Below are positions 1 to 8,998 of a stretch of DNA of 37,555 nucleotides, one piece after another. The notes beneath the pieces are model-generated. The model saw only the letters and a list, made by a program, of their open reading frames with translations, ran no database searches and was not told the origin of the DNA. The first letter of the stretch is position 1; each line of letters begins with the position of its first letter. A program made the position numbers and the translations under genes. Source of the stretch: a virus (lineage: Duplodnaviria > Caudoviricetes); the IMG/VR virus record IMGVR_UViG_3300037607_000015, positions 1 through 37,555 of that record. The stretch is one strand, 5' to 3'.

Positions 1-133
1 AAGAGAAGTCGGTCGTACTCACAGCAGGTGACCGCGAACGAATGAATAGGATGCTGAAATTACAGCCGTCCGGGAATCGCTCGCAGCGAACGATCGGTAA
101 GAGGAAGCCCCAAAATTGCTAAAGGAGTGAGCC

Positions 134-304
134 ATGAAGCGAAGCAAGAAGAAATGGAGAAAATATACGTTCGGTGATTGCTGTGGCCGACCCAGATTCA
201 AGACGGTCAGCAAAGCCACGCGGCAATACAAATGCCGTTTATGTGGTCGAATACGTGAGAAGTATCGTTCGCCCGAACAACCGACATCCGGAGAGATAGC
301 CTGA
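134..304 (+). CDS. small basic Cys-rich hypothetical protein (56 aa, possible zinc ribbon)
   Basis: Not in the ORF track. AAGGAG RBS at 122-127, ATG 134, MKRSKKKWRKYTFGDCCGRP...YKCRLCGRIR, and a TGATG overlap with the next ORF. Confidence 0.6.
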   Translation: MKRSKKKWRKYTFGDCCGRPRFKTVSKATRQYKCRLCGRIREKYRSPEQPTSGEIA

Positions 305-525
305 TGGACGTCGCGGGATCTGTGCGTGATCAAGAATGCAGCCATTTCTACGATCGTCTGGCAGCAAAGGGATATTGGGAATGTCTCTGGATCGAGAGCG
401 CTGGTCTGATCTCGCTTACGGCTTGCCGCGGCGATTCGAAGATCAGATGCCATGGATCGACGCATAGACAAGTGCTCGAGGCCGCGGCATTGATGGCAGA
501 GGGGAGATGGCACGATGGACGCTGA
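304..525 (+). CDS. hypothetical protein (73 aa)
   Basis: GGAGAG RBS upstream and TGATG coupling to the previous ORF; no recognisable domain. Confidence 0.45.
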   Translation: MDVAGSVRDQECSHFYDRLAAKGYWECLWIESAGLISLTACRGDSKIRCHGSTHRQVLEAAALMAEGRWHDGR

Positions 526-628
526 CAAAGTGATCTGCAAGGGGCTGGTCTTACTCGTCGGGCTATGTGTGCTCGTGTACGGATGCCTTTTGCTTTACGG
601 ATGGGTGGCAAAAACTGTGGCGCATTGA
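515..628 (+). CDS. small membrane peptide (37 aa)
   Basis: MDADKVICKGLVLLVGLCVLVYGCLLLYGWVAKTVAH, a single hydrophobic helix; GGGGAG upstream. Confidence 0.4.
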   Translation: MDADKVICKGLVLLVGLCVLVYGCLLLYGWVAKTVAH

Positions 629-744
629 GCAGAGAAGATGATGAAATGATCCTTCGATCGATCAAGAAGATCGCCGGACAGAAGAGCCCAGATGGCGCGT
701 GAAAGAGATCCTCGTCAAGGCGGACCACCTCGCAAGGAGATGAA

Positions 745-951
745 ATGGCAATAGCGCTCTACATATCGCTCGTCATCAACGTCCTTTTCACGCTCTGGGC
801 CGTGCTATTGTGGATCCGTGATCCACACCCACCGATGCCGACCGAGCGGCTGCTATTCCTCCGGCGTAAGCTCGAGAAGTTCCGCACTCTGGATTACATG
901 GAAATCTGGGAGCTGTTCCGGGCGGTGGCTGAATACTCAAGGGGGAAATAA
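745..951 (+). CDS. hypothetical membrane protein (68 aa)
   Basis: AAGGAG RBS, N-terminal TM helix, TAATG coupling to the next gene. Confidence 0.6.
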   Translation: MAIALYISLVINVLFTLWAVLLWIRDPHPPMPTERLLFLRRKLEKFRTLDYMEIWELFRAVAEYSRGK

Positions 952-1595
952 TGGAAAAGCTGATTGATTTCCGGTATGAGAACAAACTCGGCCTACTGGA
1001 GCTGGCACGGGAGCATCCTGCAGCCGTGTCCCGGGCGCTGAACCGGACAGCCGCATCGGCGCGCACAGCCATCAGCTCAGCGGTACGTGAAGAGTTCAAC
1101 ATCAAGAAACAGGATCTCGACAAGGGAATCGAGGTCAAGAAGTCCACAAAGACGAGCCTTATTGCAGCGGTGATCGTTCGGGGTGCGCGCCTGGGCGTTG
1201 GCATGTTCGGTGCGCGCAAACTCAAGGGGAACAGGATGGTGTCGTTCGCGATCAAGCGGGGCGATCGGAAGACGGCCAAGGCGTTCTTTGTCTGGGGTCG
1301 TGGGAAGTCAGGGGCAGATCGTGGACGTGCGATAGTCTACCATCGTCTTGGAGCAGGACGGCATAACATCAAGGAGATGCTGACGATCTCTGCCTCTGAT
1401 ATGGCTGGTTCAAAGGCCGTTGAGAAGCAGGTGGCAGAGCGTATCGATGAACAGTTCCTCAAGGAAATGGACCATCAACTCAAGGTTGAGCTGTCTGGGC
1501 TCGTGCCATCCTCAGCAGCCAAGGGATGGAAGACAGGCGGCGCCCTGGGTGGCAGGACCTACGCCGAGCGCAAGGCGGCAGGAGATCTGAGATGA
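951..1595 (+). CDS. lambda gpZ-like minor tail/neck protein
   Basis: Basic 214-aa protein with 'RALNRTAASART..VREEFNIKK' and 'AIVYHRLG..R..IKE' motifs typical of gpZ-like phage proteins. Confidence 0.65.
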   Translation: MEKLIDFRYENKLGLLELAREHPAAVSRALNRTAASARTAISSAVREEFNIKKQDLDKGIEVKKSTKTSLIAAVIVRGARLGVGMFGARKLKGNRMVSFAIKRGDRKTAKAFFVWGRGKSGADRGRAIVYHRLGAGRHNIKEMLTISASDMAGSKAVEKQVAERIDEQFLKEMDHQLKVELSGLVPSSAAKGWKTGGALGGRTYAERKAAGDLR

Positions 1596-1624
1596 TCATT
1601 CTAATCCAATCGTCATTCAATGCG

Positions 1625-1672
1625 TTTATGGGTCCTTTCCGCGGCTTCCAATGAGGGTTCGCCTCGAGCGCG
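1625..1672 (+). other. putative cos packaging site (cosQ-like GGGTCCT at 1630-1636)
   Basis: TTTATGGGTCCTTTCCG closely matches the lambda cosQ context TTTACGGGTCCTTTCCG and lies just upstream of the terminase small subunit. Confidence 0.65.
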
Positions 1673-1724
1673 AAATCCTCTTAGACTCTATGGTTTGCTA
1701 TGGTATTTGAATTTGAATGACTGA

Positions 1725-2345
1725 ATGGCAGAGCATGAGGTCAATACGACAGAACTGGCGTCCTCCTTCGGCGTCACTCCCCAGCAAATCATCAACTACT
1801 GGCACGAGGGCATGCCGAAGCTGTCCAGGGGGACGTGGAACCTCGGGGCATGCTGGAAATGGCGGTACGATCGCCAGGCGCTCGAGCTCGAAACGGCGAG
1901 GCAAGAGAGCCCCGATGATCTCGCCAACCGGGATCTCGAGGATGCACTGCTCAAACGCACCCAGCGCGAGATCAAGGAGATTGAACTTGCGAAGCTGCGG
2001 GGGGAGATCGTCGACGTCGGCCAGGTCGAGAAGGTCCTCGAGCGTGCCGTATCAGCATTCCGCAACAGGATGCTCGCGATACCCACGAAGAGCGCGCCAC
2101 GGGTCTTCGGAGCTGAGGACGTCAACCAGGTCAAAGGGATCCTAGATGCGGACGTCAGCGATGCCCTCGGGGAGCTCTCCCGTATCGCCTCAGATCTCGG
2201 TGCCATTCGAGAGATTGCTCAGGCAGGCATTCAGGACAGCCACACCTCCGCCGAAACTGACCGTGAGCCAGTGGGCCGACAAAGAAAGGTACCTAAGCCC
2301 CGAAGCAAGCGCCGAGCCCGGAAAGTGGCAGACCGATCGGGCTGA
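1725..2345 (+). CDS. terminase small subunit (Nu1-like)
   Basis: N-terminal winged HTH 'VNTTELASSFGVTPQQIINYWHEGMP', coiled coil 'EIELAKLRGEIVDV', and position before the large subunit. Confidence 0.88.
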   Translation: MAEHEVNTTELASSFGVTPQQIINYWHEGMPKLSRGTWNLGACWKWRYDRQALELETARQESPDDLANRDLEDALLKRTQREIKEIELAKLRGEIVDVGQVEKVLERAVSAFRNRMLAIPTKSAPRVFGAEDVNQVKGILDADVSDALGELSRIASDLGAIREIAQAGIQDSHTSAETDREPVGRQRKVPKPRSKRRARKVADRSG

Positions 2346-4059
2346 GTATCAGCGGGGGATCATGGACGCGATCTCGGATCCGATTGTCCGAGAGATCTCC
2401 GTCCAATCCTCAAGCCAGGTGGGAAAGACGGAGATCATCCTCAACGTGATCGGCTACTATATCACCCACGATCCGAGCCCGATGCTCGTGGTAGATCCCA
2501 CGCTCGAGATCGGCCTGGCATTCTCGAAGGACCGCGTCGCGCCCATGCTCAGGGATACCCCCTGCCTCCACGGGAAAGTCCAGGAGCCGCGGACGAAGGA
2601 CGCATCAAACACCATCCTCCATAAAGTCTTCCCTGGTGGTCATCTCACGATCGCGGGTGCGAACTCCCCGTCGTCCCTGGCATCCCGGCCGGTGAGGATC
2701 GTGCTCAGAGACGAGGTCGACCGCTATCCGGCATCCGCAGGATCTGAGGGTGATCCATCGGAGCTCGCCGGCAAACGCGCGGCAAACTTCTGGAACAGGA
2801 AACTGATCTCGTTTTCCACACCCACCGTCCAGGGTATCTCCCGGATCGAATATGAATACCTGGCTTCCGACATGCGGCGGTATCACGTTCCCTGTCCCCG
2901 GTGTGGTACGGAGCAGGTCCTCCGATGGGCCCGGATCAAGTTCGATCATAGCCAGAACCTCCGCGTCTGGTACGAGTGCGAATCCTGCAAGGCTGAGCTT
3001 TCGGAGCTCGACAAGCTCAGGATGATCCGCTCCGGCCGGTGGATCGCCGAGCACCCGGAGATCCGGACCCACGCCGGCTTCCATATCAATGAGCTCTACT
3101 CTCCCTGGTCGACCTGGAAGAGCGTGGTAGAGAGCTTCCTCAAAGCGAAGCAGCGGCGCGAGGCTCTCCGGGTATGGGTCAACACGACGCTCGGCGAAGT
3201 CTTTCAGGAAGAGGAGTCGTTCTCGGTGGACGTCGGGAAGATCGCAGCGCGGCGAGAGGATTATGTGGATGTTCCGGCGAAGGCCCTGGTCCTCACAGCC
3301 GGGATCGACCACCAGGACGACCGCCTGGAAGTGAAGGTGAAGGGGTGGGGAATCGGCCTCGAATCCTGGTTCATCGAGAAGCAGGTGTTCTATGGTCGGC
3401 CGTCGGACAAGTCGACCTGGAAGCTCCTCGATGACTTTCTGCAGAAGGAGTGGCAACACGAATCAGGACTCACGATGAAGATCGCCGCAGCGTGCTTCGA
3501 TAGCGGCGGACATTATACCCAGGAGGTATATGACTATACCGGGCCGAGACGTGGCCGCCGGTATTTCGCCACAAAGGGATACGCGGGACGCGGGCGGCCG
3601 CTCATCGGGAAACCCTCGAGGAACAATCGCCAGCGCGCCGTCGTGATCCCCCTCGGAGTCGATGGTGCGAAACAGCTCATCATGGACCGGCTCCTGATCG
3701 AGCACCCCGGGCCCGGGTGTATGCACTTCAACCAGGCGTGCGATGAAGAGTATTTTCTCCAGCTCACTGCGGAGAAGCTGGTCACGAAATATGTGAAGGG
3801 CTTCCCGACACAGCAGTGGGTGCTAAAAGACCGCCGGCGGAATGAGATGCTCGACTGCGAGGTGCTCAATCTGGCGGCGATCTCGCTCCTGAATGCGAAC
3901 ATGGAGAAGCTCGCCGAGGGGATTGAACGCCAGGCGGCCAAGATCCAGAAGGATCCCGAGCCCCCGCCGATCGTCGATGGCGAGCCCGCGACGAAGAAGG
4001 AAGTCCGCACGGCGAAACGCAAGGGGCGGGAGTCATTCGTGCAATCGTGGAGATATTGA
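2146..4059 (+). CDS. terminase large subunit (GpA family); start uncertain (2146, 2161 or about 2200)
   Basis: 'PPPKLTVSQWAD', Walker A 'SSQVGKTE', Walker B 'VLRDEVDRYP', 'STPT', CPxC..CxxC zinc motif, and nuclease motifs 'GIDHQDDRLE', 'DSGG', 'RNEMLDC'. Confidence 0.96.
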   Translation: MRTSAMPSGSSPVSPQISVPFERLLRQAFRTATPPPKLTVSQWADKERYLSPEASAEPGKWQTDRAEYQRGIMDAISDPIVREISVQSSSQVGKTEIILNVIGYYITHDPSPMLVVDPTLEIGLAFSKDRVAPMLRDTPCLHGKVQEPRTKDASNTILHKVFPGGHLTIAGANSPSSLASRPVRIVLRDEVDRYPASAGSEGDPSELAGKRAANFWNRKLISFSTPTVQGISRIEYEYLASDMRRYHVPCPRCGTEQVLRWARIKFDHSQNLRVWYECESCKAELSELDKLRMIRSGRWIAEHPEIRTHAGFHINELYSPWSTWKSVVESFLKAKQRREALRVWVNTTLGEVFQEEESFSVDVGKIAARREDYVDVPAKALVLTAGIDHQDDRLEVKVKGWGIGLESWFIEKQVFYGRPSDKSTWKLLDDFLQKEWQHESGLTMKIAAACFDSGGHYTQEVYDYTGPRRGRRYFATKGYAGRGRPLIGKPSRNNRQRAVVIPLGVDGAKQLIMDRLLIEHPGPGCMHFNQACDEEYFLQLTAEKLVTKYVKGFPTQQWVLKDRRRNEMLDCEVLNLAAISLLNANMEKLAEGIERQAAKIQKDPEPPPIVDGEPATKKEVRTAKRKGRESFVQSWRY

Positions 4060-4062
4060 GGT

Positions 4063-4275
4063 ATGCACGTCACCCTCAACCGCGACAACATGGAGAAGCT
4101 CCTCCGCTGGTCTCACGAGAAGAACCGGTCGGTCAACGATCTCGTGAACCTCATCCTTGCCAGCGTGGAGAGCGTTGAAGCGGAGGAGAGCATGAAGGTG
4201 ACGACCATCGTCGATGGAGCCCCCGCACGCAAGAAAGTCCACCACCGTAAGTCCAACTGGACCATACGTTTGTAA
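4063..4275 (+). CDS. small ribbon-helix-helix-like DNA-binding protein (70 aa)
   Basis: 'MHVTLNRDNMEKLLRWSHEKNRSVNDLVNLIL' fits an Arc/CopG-like pattern; GGAG upstream. Confidence 0.5.
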   Translation: MHVTLNRDNMEKLLRWSHEKNRSVNDLVNLILASVESVEAEESMKVTTIVDGAPARKKVHHRKSNWTIRL

Positions 4276-4293
4276 ATCGTCGACAAATCGACG

Positions 4294-4322
4294 TTGCCAT
4301 GAGCGTGTCGATATTGTAGATT
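4294..4322 (+). promoter_or_regulatory. putative sigma70-type promoter TTGCCA-N17-TAGATT
   Basis: Near-consensus -35/-10 with a 17-bp spacer in the intergenic region ahead of the head operon. Confidence 0.5.
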
Positions 4323-4416
4323 CGCACTCGTGCAGGTAGGCCACCTGCAGACGATCAAACGGTGACGCGTTCACGCGTTACCCTCCCGGGCCCGATGTGT
4401 CGGCCAGGGAGATCTC

Positions 4417-4459
4417 AAGCCCCAATCCTAGCTAGGGCAGGATTGGGGCTTTTTCTTTT
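4417..4459 (+). terminator. intrinsic terminator
   Basis: Perfect 13-bp stem AAGCCCCAATCCT/AGGATTGGGGCTT with a 9-nt loop, followed by TTTCTTTT. Confidence 0.85.
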
Positions 4460-4469
4460 ACGGGAGTCC

Positions 4470-5039
4470 ATGGGTCCTCCGTCAAGCATTCGCGCTGGCG
4501 ACACCGTCTCCTGGAATGATGCCTTCTCCGGGCCCGCCCTCGGAGTGGATGGCAACGTCGAATATCTCCCCGCGTCCTGGTCCCTCGATTACCGGTTCGC
4601 CGGCCAGACCGTCCTCACGGCCAGTGGAGTCGCCAATACCCAGGGGACCGGCTGGACACTCACACTCACGGCAGCACAGACCGCCCAGCTCCTCCCCGGG
4701 GTCTACTCTTTCCAGGCCTACGTCACGAAGAGTACCGAACGCTATACGGTTTTCGAAGGCACGATCACCGTCCGTCAGAACCTCGCAACGACCGCCGCTG
4801 GCTATGAAGCCCGGTCGACTGCCCGGGTATGGCTGGACCAGATCGAGAAGGCGCTCAGCGACTGGTCAAAGGACCCGTATGCGGAGTACGAGATCGCGGG
4901 ACGCCGGCAGGTCTGGCGGCTTGAGGAGCTTCTGCACCTGCGGAGCAAGGCTCAGTGGGAAGTGAAGCGCGAGGAGAAGGCGGAACGGATCAAGCAGGGG
5001 CTCGGCGGCGGTGGAAAGATCCTGACGAGGTTCACGTGA
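4470..5039 (+). CDS. head-to-tail adaptor-like protein (gpW-like C-terminus with an N-terminal beta domain)
   Basis: GGGAG RBS, ATG 4470, 'IRAGDTVSW', C-terminal 'EYEIAGRRQVWRLEELLHLR' resembling gpW, and TGATG coupling to the portal. Confidence 0.7.
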   Translation: MGPPSSIRAGDTVSWNDAFSGPALGVDGNVEYLPASWSLDYRFAGQTVLTASGVANTQGTGWTLTLTAAQTAQLLPGVYSFQAYVTKSTERYTVFEGTITVRQNLATTAAGYEARSTARVWLDQIEKALSDWSKDPYAEYEIAGRRQVWRLEELLHLRSKAQWEVKREEKAERIKQGLGGGGKILTRFT

Positions 5040-6586
5040 TGACGCTTCTGGAACGCATAGCCAACCGGCTCGATCTCATCCCCCGGCGGATCGCCAACGA
5101 ATATCGTCGGCAGGCGGTGATGCGGGCCTACGCGGCCGCCCAGGTGTCCCGCCTGACAAACGATTGGCCCTCGAGCGGCTACAGTGCCGATCGCGACATC
5201 CTGGCCGGCTTGGCCATCCTCCGGACCCGCGCGCGCGATCTCACCCAGAACACCGATCACGGTCGACGCTACATCAAGCTCCTCCGGCTCAACGTCCCGG
5301 GACCGAAGGGATTCGGGCTCCAGGTCCGGTCCTTTGACTGGGCGAAGGACGAGAACGGCCGCTGGTTCAAGAAGCTCGACGATATGGCGAACCGGATGAT
5401 CGAAGAGGCCTGGGATGACTGGGGCAAGGACTGCTCGGTCACCGGCGACCTGACCTTCCGGGGCATCCAGCACCTGGTCATGCAGCACGCGGCACGGGAC
5501 GGCGAGTTCATCGTGAGGAAGATCCGCCGCAAGGGTGCGAAGTATGGATTTCTCTTGCAGGTCCTGGAACCCGACTGGCTGGACGAGAAGAAGAACGAGC
5601 GCCTGCCCAACGGCAACATCATCCGGATGGGGATCGAGTTCGATGTCTGGCGGCGTCCGGTCGCCTACTGGATCTCCAAACGCGACCCTTACCTCGATCT
5701 CTATGCGGTGAGCAGCCAGACCACGGACTGGGAACGGGTGCCGGCCGAGGATCTCTATTTCGGGTTCGACAAGGAGCGCGCCTACCAGTCGCGCGGCGTC
5801 CCCTGGTTCGCGGCGTCCATGCTTCGTTTGAAGATGCTCTCCGGCTATGAAGAGGCGGCCCTGGTGAATTCCCGGGCGAGCGCTGCGAAGATGGGGTTCC
5901 TCTACAGCGAGGAGGGCCAGGGGGAGGAATACGAAGGCGACGACAAGGACAGCGACGGCAACGTGATCGAGGATGCCGATCCCGGTCGCATCGTCCAGCT
6001 GCCTCCCGGAGTGAAGTTCCAGGGCTACACGCCTGAGTTCCCCAACACCCAGCACGAAGGATTCGTGCGGAGTGCGCTGCGCGCGATCGCCTCCGGGCTT
6101 TCGGTGGCCGCTCCGAGCCTCTCCGGAGATCTCTCTGATGTGAACTATTCGTCGATCCGGGCCGGGATCGCGGAGGAGCGGGAGAACTACAAGGAGATCC
6201 AGGAGTGGATGATCGAGGTTTTCATGGAGAAGGTCTTCGCTGACTGGCTCGAGATGGCACTCCTGAAAAGCGCGATCAAGCTCCCCGCGGAGAAGTTCGA
6301 CAAGTACAACAAACCTGCGTTCTCCGGACGCCGGTGGGGATATGTGGATCCCGACAAGGATATCGACGCGAAGACCAAGGAAATCCAGGCGGGTGGTTCC
6401 ACGCTCACCCGCTGGCTGGCCGAGGGCGGGTATGACCTCATGGAGGTCCTGCAGGAACGCGCGCGCGAAAAGGATCTGGCCGAATCCCTCGGCCTCAGGC
6501 TCACCATCAATGAACCGCCGAAAGCCTCGCAGCCGACGAATGGCCAGGCGACGCCGGCACAGCTCAAAGCCCTCATCCATGAATAA
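5039..6586 (+). CDS. portal protein, lambda family
   Basis: 'LRTRARDL', 'DGEFIV', 'GIEFD..RRPVAYW', 'QSRGVPW', 'GDLSDVNYSSIRAG', 'WGYVDPDKD'; start reassigned to ATG 5039. Confidence 0.95.
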   Translation: MTLLERIANRLDLIPRRIANEYRRQAVMRAYAAAQVSRLTNDWPSSGYSADRDILAGLAILRTRARDLTQNTDHGRRYIKLLRLNVPGPKGFGLQVRSFDWAKDENGRWFKKLDDMANRMIEEAWDDWGKDCSVTGDLTFRGIQHLVMQHAARDGEFIVRKIRRKGAKYGFLLQVLEPDWLDEKKNERLPNGNIIRMGIEFDVWRRPVAYWISKRDPYLDLYAVSSQTTDWERVPAEDLYFGFDKERAYQSRGVPWFAASMLRLKMLSGYEEAALVNSRASAAKMGFLYSEEGQGEEYEGDDKDSDGNVIEDADPGRIVQLPPGVKFQGYTPEFPNTQHEGFVRSALRAIASGLSVAAPSLSGDLSDVNYSSIRAGIAEERENYKEIQEWMIEVFMEKVFADWLEMALLKSAIKLPAEKFDKYNKPAFSGRRWGYVDPDKDIDAKTKEIQAGGSTLTRWLAEGGYDLMEVLQERAREKDLAESLGLRLTINEPPKASQPTNGQATPAQLKALIHE

Positions 6587-6605
6587 CCATCAACCAGGAG
6601 GTCCC

Positions 6606-7028
6606 ATGCGCACGCTCGCGCTTCTTCTCGCTCTCTTGCTGGTGGGGTCCTGCGCATCGGCGCAGGTGACCCTGGACCGGCAGACCACGTTCTCCTCGAA
6701 GAGTTACACCACGTCCCAGAAGGACACGTCCTCCTCCTACCGGCTCGCCGGAGCGAGGAGCCTGGACCTGGTGACGTTCACCGAGGATACGATGGCCTGT
6801 GACACTTACGTCGACTATTCGGACGACCTCACGACCTGGACCGTGATCCTGACGGATTCCGTGAAGTCCACGAACACGACGGCGAAGGTCACGGTGCATT
6901 CAATCAAGGACGGCGACTCCGATCTGATCGACAAGTGCTATGGGTGGCTCCGAGTCCGCAATGCGCAGCGAGCGACCGGGACCGCTGTCGTGGGGACCTA
7001 CACCCAACGATTCTACTTCCGTCCATAA
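6606..7028 (+). CDS. signal-peptide-bearing beta-rich protein in the head module (possible head decoration/spike)
   Basis: AGGAGG RBS, MRTLALLLALLLVGSCASA|Q, Thr/Ser-rich beta-strand pattern, located between portal and capsid. Confidence 0.75.
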   Translation: MRTLALLLALLLVGSCASAQVTLDRQTTFSSKSYTTSQKDTSSSYRLAGARSLDLVTFTEDTMACDTYVDYSDDLTTWTVILTDSVKSTNTTAKVTVHSIKDGDSDLIDKCYGWLRVRNAQRATGTAVVGTYTQRFYFRP

Positions 7029-7038
7029 CGGGGGTCCC

Positions 7039-8910
7039 ATGGACATCGAGAAAAGGGAAGACATCATCGGGAAGGTCCAGCATCGGACCTTCCGGCTTGA
7101 CCGGGCCTCGGTGAACCAGGAGGCGCGCACCGTCGAGCTCGCCTTCTCGAGCGAAGCCCCGGTCGAGCGCTGGTGGGGGATGGAGATCCTCGATCACAGT
7201 CCGGAGTCGGTGCGTCTGGGGCGGATGATGGACGGCGCCCCGGTGCTCTTCAACCACGATGTGGACAATCATCTCGGTGTCGTGGAATCCGCGCGGATCG
7301 ACTCCGACCGCGTGGGGAGAGCGGTCGCGCGATTCTCGAAGTGCGACGACGCCGAGATGCGCTTCCAGGACGTCCTCGACGGGATCCTGACGAAGGTAAG
7401 TGTCGGCTATATCGTCCATGCGATGCAGCTCGAGAAGAAGGAGGGGGATCTCTCGTTCTATCGCTGCACGGACTGGGAGCCGATCGAGATCAGCATGGTG
7501 ACAATTCCTGCGGACAACACGGTGGGGGTTGGACGCAATCACGTACCCACAGACAATCCCAACAGGGGAGGCAACAAGATGCCTGAAGAGAAAAAGGAAG
7601 TGCCCGCTCCTGCCGCTCTGTCGCAGGAGGAAATCAGCCGGATCAAGGAGGCCGCGGTGCGGGCCGAGGGGGAACGGCGTGACGCGATCGAGGCGATCGC
7701 CGCCCGGTTCGCCGGCAGGATCCCGAAGATCGACGAACTGCGGGACGAGGCGCGGCAGAAGGGCTGGACCGCGGAGTATTTCAAGGGCCAGTGCGCGGAC
7801 CGGCTGACGGATTCGAAGCCGATCGACGCGCCCGAGATCGGGATGACCGACAAGGAGGTCCGGGCCTACTCATTCCGCAAGGCCCTCCTGCACCTCGCCG
7901 GGATGGCCTATCCGGGGCTCCGGGGGCTCGTGGATGCGAGCTTCGAGATCGACTGCTCGGAAGCCGTGAACAAGAAGCTCGGGTCGACCTCGAAGGGTCT
8001 CAGGGTTCCCTACGATGTCCTGAGCAAGAGCGTGGACGACTACCGTGCCCACCCGGACTACCGCCAGTTCCTCCGTCGCGATCTGACGGTGGGCTCGGCC
8101 ACGGCCGGCGGGAACCTGGTCGGGACGAACCTGCTCGCCGGGAGCTTCATCGAGCTCCTGCGGAACAAGATGCTGCTCTACAATCTCGGCGCGCGCCAGC
8201 TGACCGGGCTCGTGGGCAACATCGCGATCCCGCGGCAGAGCGGTGCCGGCACGGCGGTCTGGGAGACGGAGGCCACGGGCAACACGTCGGAATCCGCGCA
8301 GACCTACGACCAGGTCACGATGAGCCCGAACGAGGTCTCGGCCTACACGGAGATCAGCCACAAGTTGCTCCTCCAGGCCACGCCGGGGATTGAAGGCCTG
8401 ATCCAGGACGACATCGCGCGCGTGCTCGCGATCGCGATCGACCTGGCCGGGTTCCACGGTTCGGGCGGAACGCAACCGACGGGTATCGCCGGGACGAGCG
8501 GTGTCGGTTCCGTGGCGGGTGCCGGCTTCGGCTGGGATGCCATCGTCGAGTTCGAGACGGACGTCGAGGTCGGGAATGCCCTGAACGGCAGCCTGGCCTA
8601 CGTCACCGATCCGACCACGCGCGGGCTCCTGAAGACCCGCCCGAAGGTCTCGGGATACCCCGAGTTCCTGATGGACCGGGACGGCCGTCTGAACACGTTC
8701 CCGTGCTTCTCCTCGAACCAGATCACGGCCGGCGCCATGTTCTTCGGCGACTTCAGCCAGGTCCTGGTCGGGGAGTGGGGGAGCCTCGAGCTCCAGGTCA
8801 ACCCGTTCATCAAGGACGTGGAAGGCCTGATCCGCATCGTCGGGCGCCAGGCGGTCGACATCGGCGTCCGTCACGGCGGCGCGTTCTCGTATTCGAGCAC
8901 GATGTCCTGA
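7039..8910 (+). CDS. fused prohead protease and HK97-fold major capsid protein
   Basis: Protease motifs 'VLFNHD', 'VSVGY', 'WEPIEISMVTIPAD' followed by capsid motifs 'GGNLVGT', 'IPRQSG..AVWETE', 'FGDFSQV', in a single ORF. Confidence 0.93.
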   Translation: MDIEKREDIIGKVQHRTFRLDRASVNQEARTVELAFSSEAPVERWWGMEILDHSPESVRLGRMMDGAPVLFNHDVDNHLGVVESARIDSDRVGRAVARFSKCDDAEMRFQDVLDGILTKVSVGYIVHAMQLEKKEGDLSFYRCTDWEPIEISMVTIPADNTVGVGRNHVPTDNPNRGGNKMPEEKKEVPAPAALSQEEISRIKEAAVRAEGERRDAIEAIAARFAGRIPKIDELRDEARQKGWTAEYFKGQCADRLTDSKPIDAPEIGMTDKEVRAYSFRKALLHLAGMAYPGLRGLVDASFEIDCSEAVNKKLGSTSKGLRVPYDVLSKSVDDYRAHPDYRQFLRRDLTVGSATAGGNLVGTNLLAGSFIELLRNKMLLYNLGARQLTGLVGNIAIPRQSGAGTAVWETEATGNTSESAQTYDQVTMSPNEVSAYTEISHKLLLQATPGIEGLIQDDIARVLAIAIDLAGFHGSGGTQPTGIAGTSGVGSVAGAGFGWDAIVEFETDVEVGNALNGSLAYVTDPTTRGLLKTRPKVSGYPEFLMDRDGRLNTFPCFSSNQITAGAMFFGDFSQVLVGEWGSLELQVNPFIKDVEGLIRIVGRQAVDIGVRHGGAFSYSSTMS

Positions 8911-8939
8911 CCGACGCGTGCCGCTCACGACCCAAAACA

Positions 8940-8974
8940 CCGGGGCTCTCGTCGAGAGGGCCCCGGATTCTTCC
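8940..8974 (+). terminator. GC-rich hairpin after the capsid gene (weak terminator or mRNA stabiliser)
   Basis: 11-bp stem CCGGGGCTCTC/GAGGGCCCCGG with one G-U pair, followed only by ATTCTTCC. Confidence 0.45.
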
Positions 8975-8998
8975 ACATCACAGCAGCGCGGAGGCGGT

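Noticed and set aside
4362-4469. ORF-track N-terminal extensions (starts 4362, 4955, 6342, 6940, 16424, 28602)
   Set aside because: They run through terminators or upstream genes, and downstream ATGs have better RBS sites or stop-start coupling.
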